Assembly: GCA_949067325.1 (NCBI GenBank)
Contig: CARTDZ010000003.1
Span: 1-47,700, forward strand
DNA length: 47,700 bases
Source: an uncultured Eubacteriales bacterium
GTDB taxonomy: Bacteria; Bacillota; Clostridia; Christensenellales; UBA1242
Direction of reading: 5' to 3'
The notes beneath the pieces were generated by a model that had not been told where the DNA came from, did not search any database, and saw nothing but the letters and a program-made list of their open reading frames with translations. Position numbers and translations under genes: made by a program. Position 1 is the first letter of the stretch, and every line of letters begins with the position of its first letter. This document shows, in pieces, positions 46,101 to 47,700 of the stretch.

Positions 46101-47321
46101 GTTTGGCAAAAGTGCGATATTATAAACTTGGCCAAGATTGTTTTCTTTTGAATAGAAGTTGTAAATGGTTTGCTTGTTTACCACCTCAATATCTTGTCCG
46201 TCAGAAACACGAATAGTGTCGATCTTTTCATAAGACGACACTTTAAATGACATTGTTTTTTCGATATAGTTGAAATCTTCATATCCAATGTTAAAGCAAG
46301 CACTCACTGTGACATTGGCTTTGTCTTTGCCTTCCACCTTGAAAAGAAGAGATCCGTCGGCAAGAATGCTGTTTTGCAGAATGGATATCTGACCATTATC
46401 TGTGTTGCTGCCCTGATATGAAATTACAGGACTGATTTGATAATTTGAAGCATCAAAATTTCCGCTTGGTGTAAATTTTATATAACCCGATTTGCGTCCA
46501 TCTTTTGCAGAGGCGTTTGAAGTAAGATCAATGGTTTGTGAAACAAGCTCGCCATTTTGGGTTGTAAAGATAGGATTGAAATTTTGAGTTGGATTGTAAG
46601 AAAAAGCAAGGTTGACCAAGTTTGAAGAAATTTTGTCAAGTAATGTAAGTTCAACCTTTGCAGTTATGCTAGGGTTGTAAACCGAAGTTGCAATAAGAGC
46701 GACCTTGGCTGATGGAATGTCTTTTTTGTAAGCACTGCCTATTGACAAGACATTTCCTTCAAGGCTGATATTTTCATTTTTGTCTTCTTCTGCAATTTGC
46801 CAAGTAACATCAGTGCGTTTTGAATTTAAAGTTGTTGTAAAGTCAAGAAGCTTTTGTGCGTCAAGTGTGTTTGAATAAACTTCATCATCGCCACCTCTTA
46901 CCGCAAAAAGATTGCTTTTGCCACCAAGCTCCTTTTTCTCTTCCATAGCAGTCACTTCACCATGCACGTAAACTGAAATAGCTTTGCTAACACCGCCATC
47001 ATATGTAGTGACATTTACTGTCGCCCTGCCTTCTGTGTCACCAGCAGTCAATGTTATGACATTTTCATTTCTTGCTTGGCTATATTCAACGCTTGCCATG
47101 ACTATGTTTGGTTGACTTGACGAAACAAGCACGCGGCCGTTGTCCACGCCCTCGACTTTGCAAGTCACTATTGCAGGTTCAACAACCTCTTCGTCAAGCA
47201 CGACAATTTCTTTGTACGTGTCACTTAAAGTGAGGTTGACATTTCGTTCGCCACAAGAGGCGAGCAAAAATCCGCCGCAAATCATAAACAAACTTAAAAG
47301 CCCAACAAAAAACTTTTTCAT
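28197..47321 (-). CDS. Giant 6374-aa surface lipoprotein: Ig-like (Big_2-like) domain arrays plus seven GLUG-motif / parallel beta-helix-like modules
   Basis: Uninterrupted 19,125-nt ORF with an AAGGAGG SD and a lipoprotein signal peptide (lipobox LASC). The first domain resembles Big_2. Dozens of [VAY]GG[ILF]VG-x6-9-[NS]xY repeats are typical of the GLUG motif. There is no LPxTG, C-terminal TM or HExxH. Confidence 0.9.
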   Translation of the reverse strand: MKKFFVGLLSLFMICGGFLLASCGERNVNLTLSDTYKEIVVLDEEVVEPAIVTCKVEGVDNGRVLVSSSQPNIVMASVEYSQARNENVITLTAGDTEGRATVNVTTYDGGVSKAISVYVHGEVTAMEEKKELGGKSNLFAVRGGDDEVYSNTLDAQKLLDFTTTLNSKRTDVTWQIAEEDKNENISLEGNVLSIGSAYKKDIPSAKVALIATSVYNPSITAKVELTLLDKISSNLVNLAFSYNPTQNFNPIFTTQNGELVSQTIDLTSNASAKDGRKSGYIKFTPSGNFDASNYQISPVISYQGSNTDNGQISILQNSILADGSLLFKVEGKDKANVTVSACFNIGYEDFNYIEKTMSFKVSSYEKIDTIRVSDGQDIEVVNKQTIYNFYSKENNLGQVYNIALLPNTVIENEDKTQYKYKLAIDFSQAEFVGSLNKDFDENTLVISYLDPSNNIITLGKGDYEVDGDSFVLKDEKAINATRLYIKANEKQSVSAIRNVRLSFISVANSNVVTDLTFDLQQAAKNLVFENQEKNNVYLSTDAVAISTENRRFKLNGQSTIEGLSVLVDNKFVTASNIRQTNSNLNSFNDENPWVEFEVDFTLAPEGKGQTQQGSYTIVHKNGISSQEFELNVLLPLTNAAISIDSLAAYNSVVGYKTNGSLYDGNGNEIVGSAKALNFLMIKSGNSLPFNVVTNSVAGVSSEASLDFRFVGEKDQNGDPIEFDFANLQKYFNNESLKTNDIVSVNLNTKTLSVNSVGTAYMIVRFVGKSLTGSSEAEVVFYRVIKIESFFAPATLAANISSVKVYTQVSVNDDADTTADIVINFAQNNITYSDLKYFTFNGEHLAADSHEITLAGGIYKLENINLSSSKSYLSFTIKGLKLDGQALFNDTLKIGYNYSDNDKNAVLALETTINVSILNADRIEKVYLESHNTTDGIYFEIGDASQEIIVTSTSPTNAKNKNLTFFVTNNLDVQDDFISISPVSEGSDVATFRATKGKSGFIYILPTDAINNGRISFYEKNNPQIQSILLSELGKQYERLIENENAYFKNNSNKEVPFSDILIKIPVTVADGQGFETAYRVYSASQFKALDPTKFYTIMNNIEVTDFAGHQSFVGGLQGIREDVTIVLKGRNFANTNLGTIKNITFAGEVVGNGFVADINAGTISNVTVDVYAIGTDYTYSSITGSEVGGIVGINQNDALIENSSVLGLNIKGSSMAAGVAAQNAGTISGCRVEFYNFSDGQDTASQPKSKTNKFTASKVAGLVGVNSGAIEKSYAYDYTKSEVLVGDAKALVYTNAGTINLSFASVGADLGSVTLTNGYVVTRDAGGNETIAYYPADITGNDNFVSSGEEGFLSYVNGGDAHLKEVYQPQEATLTGLQVKTVENAGFYKTLAASQDEVLGNFYEVQEDVSDKDRESRELKAYNTITLSQLFGIDDFSGLVATTSNAYVAQILANELIFTGVGDAEITIYSKQDYTAKKTIKVKVVYALSKLVASSNTIEIEDGGVVSLLKGKTRSITYNFDKTSLRLGSSAQTYNLTQNNFKLASSAYNFTSPLVLNVNENNIVQGKNVSVTPTILTDAKYESFQMAANSEFGHSFLLTTFEGGIDLVKTEDKIAITPSTTGKLTALLRTSNQNDILFPKMSLDGIDLEITKVSEGVYTAAFGDEQRFNITLTKKDNVTSLPNGIVEIEFIVEISVHESYKWSVTRAATYKVSLHSDSEIVSTDFEAALTPQRFNHVDVNSYKLSSMTYEKVEGFDSYKTVYTVEGTPSSVLAPGYGSVLKININPEFANYHSMKLSYQGATTANAVVLRKVLASTETKFYDDGNANIETSQNNVTIIPSVQDKSKGAIYFYLWINQSVNVDTNLTFDITFYDANGNLIEGASVKHFLKVAYLQDPEIVINGQSQLSFTAKGEQVTGKLYFDSDQTVTASPIKLSDAVKGIKITNQQEVPSDIAGRRLVTFTLSIDVNAQVSGGNNAFKINAEVLGEGQIKTATNTVTVVDLAIDTDPSSIKIFSSYDNIVKSYIGLDTPLAFEYAFMPEEYNYDMSSEELNNAVAQLNAARTSFASNGYHKELLADKTAYYSINYDRTHVEQIPLKERVDYFNEETGGWSNIYIKETGEFVSSINGIFSIKESGNNLVVTGLKETPETTTVRMRMTTYINYGGLTLPVIKEFGVSVKQYSDEDLPICVEDETDFLAMAEGDARDYILMKDIYLKNYRPIDTDKILSLDGNGHTIHIESFNTEKEQGQNTLSLALFKNVASTTTIKNVTVNLFGGGRQILADISDYSMFEIAGFAISNSGNITNSSVVAFGSNTNASTSYGLNITYINGSGTTMPIYLNASSSWNSNVAGFALRNSGSITNSRVGGDNVYVIGGKIDDNSDAYYQMNSISLLTFNIKGQGNMAGFVLENSGSIASSYAKNIDMANQSEDPTCWTSGFVGTNSRTIITSYVEGVKSEEVKQYAYCRRGSSIKSKVGVVSGFVYENLDGGTIKDNYSNISIANSNLDEQVYLASGFVYINRGSLVNCYSTSQIQNLKYSQMNFSGVDAGGNLKTLEGSYENCYYYNPEYTDFTDNSEPTESSFVTGAGQLKDVTNASSFYGFAVGTEYDEDTIWKMTQKEGLKLNEPDLLTFSHRYYKPLSNATGTQTYTLPYATVSLGGNLIDVQYGSKYNPILIRSAQEFVDVTGKSKSSNITEYFDEQSVNGSYRLIANIDFNDLNASGDEQTGGVDIPSSVKVFTGQFYGNGFTISNLNNTKTQKRMAFGLFASIEQSRKDIRPMVLNLNLTVANLVNNQAAAVGSLAGYMRDASVVNVNVEFAQNAKVEGLNFVGGIVGFALGDSKLKNLTITNATVISTKQLAAGYVDSPTDVLNTDALAVLRANLLPLSTSLTSNMGATIGSYIDIVGRYSYAGGIVGFADIFTKEQSTQKYYSNNDFTAAEDDSKFSLTNLHAFGDTHIQGSVAGGVIGLSGSNSAVRDAKLVINGTMSNNSTHIISTKYYAGGVIGQAFGTLSQIVATHNEELQHKIQSNMGGYYQSNAFDVGRERGAIDIFSATSGNYTQMAIGGLVGYVGSGLMKLSYSNINAIGLTSYLSGGIVGIANIPQKVESYSVNTGDLKGFDTKYLVNQVYAAGDVRAYQKLTIGGIEHNPAAGGIFGQITNGSQISLYAVNSVNFISFYDYTQNANAQDISSFYSSNNISAFVGELKGNPTFAAGDVLAQLKPYVSLLIQTTALTESEGKPTTQTSSTVARIYRYATAGEQASKQDIAPDFAPGIKMGTVAGNTSAYIPDASIAKIEEPALYTEQISVGRNKTQAAFLNNDYWINENWTHPTSELFPTLKYTDAIGYIIYLDNYRIEQTLRRMMANTTAEVIIRGKNSDADDDTNYTDIDLREVLAKREFQNGLTSFAGTLHGMEQYRKDGGEGEYPNIILDRPLFSSTLSGFTIRDAIFKFDFDETIQGDNASIFTTGAARYSGGLVDSDLTNATLTNVTFKVVRPGINLRPNENNAVGLIAPSITGTNITGTKIVITEDGNGSQFASGTSVLTVSYNSEIENEEIKAGLFAGEAKQNSNIRQMTFNGNTIESTIKNDINIISINANNSTNGYKKIALGAIFGSAVLSDGNMTVALLGAKTNKSLGFNVAAPLSEKDSSLVVGGLIGHIDASVDLSFNDNVQGMNSALTVKSCEGDMTYGGIVGKIGDNEDTSSAGSTMSFASGSEDETIPEIKTKLTFDGTANSITYGGIVGYSINALSISDLKTYNMINEVSNEVSNKVSKDDFFKSGSERSINFSYSNSQPLKAQTINYGGLVGKAGNNVKISSSQTNQVSFSAAGEDSLNFVALQATNINAGGLVGNANSVDIDKAYIVADNFYISSPAPSSTRDATATANVGGFVGRAGSVNIQNGDNNVSRYDGHILLNYSSAINVGGFVGSVEKKTDAANTDTTLTNATLNNISFGGTIRIGQNCGNKINVGGTAGYLKVANISVQENYNYGDLYIAQEKGILVEGYYFGGILGKTDIQALVSSIVTNNYSLVTHNSYKTTKDTEKDTEKDTEKDTEKVHINALFGSAPIKGQIGRIVDNFYNHGVVLATDAYGTDMGYNREYDEANGKYGYGEYDETQALCQQIKGGVFGNSANTLTTGHKLKPADLKLNLKVENDDYPDNGVYYYVATSTSKGMPTEYTQPSNKENKTQTMKNIAIIGDGNSIKLKDLTNNFIDIMQGYSYISSLVVELENMVVGEVNNTTTTSTGTTAASDLSVGGLVGKMEGGNIFAVGLSGNIEVAGQRLVNVGGLVGEMTSGTISDSYSVADIIYRAQKNGHMGGIVGKGIADPQNTAFIYGTFSGGSLESYIDTNIHAFAGGSNISIKNSYTFSYINWNDHTSGKTTPDSDRLDVWGDNNKNDVWGDNKNKAYYDKSGINVKRDWDKDKSAKGFNELLNDNSCLSSGWSQVTGEDYASMDYSFNFGYPTRKEFYYLKPSSLYKIEKDANATTGNIPYNTKTYLAENQTTNKSSNANIYTFKYQRLSVYETNKNSQPAQTPTTPTTRDGETTTSADKYAYGIPNAMGLYNLSKRHLEGIPNISIVFLLNDINFANTSKSEDDYNMDTEATGMIELPSSATIFDGNGHTIEELSSIKFNNGTRALFNNLTGKKVFNLRITNDNATVMTSPLLVGTLNNTEVANLTLSGRIVNTDANNGNWGAVARQTNEKGSTLTAVTNMVGILQQSSGGIDVGGLVGHVQTGGPLTINYSSNYGTIEVMNAQGTDMSVGGLVGYTQAQLTIYNSYNANSVINGYRKAQSALSETSANYQAGGLVGHANAALNIYNSYNSGIVKAGNKSVAGDHVSSAGGIVGLGSEDATVTISNCYNEGSIEALGKDPTFITKAQTENLGEDSIDDSEKEIMQGYTNYTVNNIELYQAASDNANVNAYSIGYFKNRASDISKTNSSAQSINANGTLNLKHMGWTEQKTIKDAWDNYYRTGYLLSTVNVEDQLLDLGRVGEKGETSGDGSVVSSEYNAFRYRLTGFNAENKKAFSSSDLETDPAGNQDKDEDYRIVEQYGRSSEYEYRQDSLVISYGNCKSPISVLYRVPYQLLLYVYSHKNDNAGHRQIWHHRQMYANDQLVQANFLDDEKLDGEKYEGYEKINDQFNFAYIEGKEKQPSKEESISKETTSYYTNSENKTTTINGEPFVLVGNNADAEKYFTAGNMTLNFEVKLNFESKSKPQDFSINNLTLNNLTLNLTLNNNSTEVQNAKNYFKIKGYRIDENKDIFVSLEAVMTKAEGSYSLSNVQFSYKDAKTIIFDDFNGLAVFDDKEKSTTRGLFGIATDLNFTSSSGMTLTWGETGNTKTSNNIICLKDHENKIYYMIYDNTNKIMYYAPNAKLTSTSNTSNESENVNTCSGDFGITEFKKLFNNKTFEAYTQQVVGGKAENLEFVDAASGNINLSQTEYKKEFVFDGIDNSSTVKQIVNSYSVNPIDADNQEVTLTLNEKALAGNFNTKYIGYYDPASDPLFSYDGNGNYNFNTSYKYVAATGSTFESFEIVRSTNNAITLIISKTVDIDEFVSVINSNSKVAPVIKLADNEQIGATKMQNIGDDYQLTTSVYTNVQSGQFDNSDYQTDTDGNVVLSNTTGNTLYNFAGVQVYENYSAFKFKYGVKIDAKLIGKNGEEGKGNIKITQNTDTLASTNDTIFDADGLTVQYSGLMTGNITIEANTSAKIKSNLPESATTVNIVFQDKDREYYYASYENGESLVLYLLKYYLKNEDDSYTEISVQEVEKEEPEEDEYYSLKINGIELTYNKNKKLLTLVSEELEEGESATYEAQLTTSGNDVTLDVKYKDFNEDGNDIGTTRTITYEFNLTKVLMFETLASIFDASYIDTSVLRPVKSVTLGDKEIVSQYTDSDTITNILDANYSVEIKEAQKDFFFGGIATSSEYLGIKDQKVILKYINFSDRENGSLKVVDTYENYDIGGGDQTPGNISVSDNGAIIYNIIMTQDINVKISSNIGPQNVNISGNGHFLNIVNKNSYMYSDQGTDQGTGQGTGQGTDQGTDQGTGQGTDQEKFTKDVKILNSVSGGSAKGGSVSRDSASEASASKSTTFLTNSSKFVNVSLYGSLSGDETLNILTKDTEFNGVDNFVSVSAYGNGNSINFIAKPESATQSEDANQSNCINYGAWFAGNGTHGESYSEKNGLQGDGQGHDGGSIDFNGTNNGLLRVGAGGNNGSTSRSKNDVDYCVLTKSKFENLTIHVESVKKPSEDKAKSGQCTENKGIFGNNDGELSVQKSGASGAIGLVTYGNVNGLKKTRLALAGGGLYQEFYSFIETTSASKDENYMEKVYCDKVNYFKESIHGPVIGGIGSWHGTVYYKSFTKQDQLKGVFSNKTFDPIKLR
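29082..29151 (-). repeat. In-frame imperfect 15-bp tandem repeat (~4.6 copies) inside the giant ORF, encoding a Ser/Ala/Gly-rich linker
   Basis: GCTTGCTGAGGCTTC / GCTTGCTGAGTCTCT / GCTTACTGAGCCTCC / CTTTGCTGAGCCTCC / GCTTACTGAA. Confidence 0.8.
29183..29273 (-). repeat. In-frame 12-bp tandem repeat, 7.5 copies, encoding (D/G)QGT repeats
   Basis: CTTGGTCTGTTC and CTTGGCCTGTTC units. The protein reads DQGTDQGTGQGTGQGTDQGTDQGTGQGTDQ. Confidence 0.95.
31629..31670 (-). repeat. In-frame 12/15-bp repeat encoding NNLTL-NNLTL-NLTL
   Basis: TAATGTCAAATT twice, then TAAAGTTAAATTATT. Confidence 0.7.
34119..34169 (-). repeat. In-frame 24+27-bp tandem duplication encoding DVWGDNNKN / DVWGDNKN
   Basis: GTTTTTATTATCACCCCAAACGTC followed by GTTTTTATTATTATCACCCCAAACGTC. 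Confidence 0.9.
35166..35213 (-). repeat. In-frame perfect 12-bp tandem repeat, 4 copies, encoding (KDTE)4
   Basis: TTTTTCAGTATC four times. Confidence 0.95.
36015..36050 (-). repeat. In-frame 12-bp tandem repeat, 3 copies, encoding NEVS-NEVS-NKVS
   Basis: CGATACTTTATT, CGATACTTCATT, CGATACTTCATT. Confidence 0.85.
47253..47321 (-). other. Lipoprotein (SPase II) signal peptide of the giant protein
   Basis: MKKFFVGLLSLFMICGGFLLAS|C has a KK n-region, a hydrophobic core and the lipobox L-A-S-C, with Cys23 as the lipidated residue. Confidence 0.85.
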
Positions 47322-47408
47322 TTTTCCTCCTTGTTTAATATCTCACATTTTGCACGATAATAAACATATTTTGTCGAATTTATTATATAAATTACGAACC
47401 CTATAAAA

Positions 47409-47437
47409 AGTATATAAATTTTGGCAAAAATTGTCAA
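47409..47437 (-). promoter_or_regulatory. Near-consensus sigma-70 promoter TTGACA, 17-bp spacer, TATACT for the giant gene
   Basis: -10 at 47409-47414 and -35 at 47432-47437 on the minus strand. The leader to the ATG at 47321 is about 80 nt. Confidence 0.7.
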
Positions 47438-47627
47438 ATTAATTGCAATTAAAATATTTATATTTTATCAATAATTTAACAAAATATTTTTAATTTTATT
47501 TTGGCAAAAATCAATTAAAAAAATAATTTAAAAATAAATAAAAAAATATTTTTTTTGCTTTTTATTATTTTCTTTAATTTTTGAATTATTTTTCAGTCTT
47601 ATTTTTATATTTTTGTTTTTATTTTCA

Positions 47628-47660
47628 TTTGGTTTTTGTTTGGTTTTTGTTTAGCTTTTG
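47628..47660. repeat. Three helically phased 11-bp T-tract units (TTTGGTTTTTG, TTTGGTTTTTG, TTTAGCTTTTG) in the AT-rich region upstream of the giant gene
   Basis: Direct reading. The 11-bp period with T5 tracts suggests intrinsically bent DNA. Confidence 0.6.
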
Positions 47661-47700
47661 TTTTTTTTGCCATTTTATTTTTCAACTTTTCTTGTAGACT

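Noticed and set aside
28197-47321. Protease or other enzymatic head domain (for example an IgA-protease-like M26) in the giant GLUG protein
   Set aside because: No HExxH, Ser-protease or glycosidase-type signature could be found by eye. Profile searches would be needed to exclude cryptic domains.
47322-47520. Invertible (phase-variable) promoter for the giant gene
   Set aside because: The repeated ATTTTGGCAAAAAT copies are direct rather than inverted, and no site-specific recombinase gene is nearby.
1-47700. Alternative genetic code (TGA as Trp or Gly), as in Mollicutes or some candidate phyla
   Set aside because: All conserved genes and the 19-kb ORF are intact under the standard code, with Trp encoded by TGG. 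No in-frame TGA needs to be read through.

Overview
This 47.7-kb chromosomal segment looks like a low-GC, anaerobic, monoderm (Bacillota-like) bacterium using the standard genetic code. All identifications come from reading the sequence and translations by eye, with no searches run.

**Gene order**
- Partial glycine T-box leader, then glyQS.
- On the minus strand, an atypical dcw-type block: an 849-aa CvpA-like membrane fusion protein, rsmH, an FtsL-position bitopic protein, a class B PBP with a PASTA domain, and two tandem YugP-like Zn-metallopeptidase paralogs. There is no mraZ.
- NrdR boxes, then nrdD and nrdG.
- A small accessory islet with three stand-alone XRE regulators and a Cys-rich small protein.
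- metG, whose HIGH motif reads TLGN.
- An MBL-fold hydrolase, then a 792-aa orphan protein rich in Glu and Lys.
- uvrB and uvrA on the minus strand.
- A second accessory islet: two XRE regulators, an 88-aa orphan, a class II Fic AMPylase with a consensus promoter preceded by six 12-bp direct repeats, two divergent paralogous wHTH-plus-TM proteins, and radC.
- A single 19,125-nt ORF that fills 40% of the window. It encodes a 6374-aa lipoprotein built from Ig-like arrays and seven GLUG-type beta-helix modules, and it carries several in-frame micro- and minisatellites.

No rRNA, tRNA, CRISPR array, transposase or integrase was seen.

**Most notable**
- The giant lipoprotein locus.
- The Fic / XRE / wHTH-TM islet and its repeat-decorated promoter.
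- A recurring leaderless-mRNA promoter architecture, TGnTAnnAT followed 5-7 nt later by ATG.
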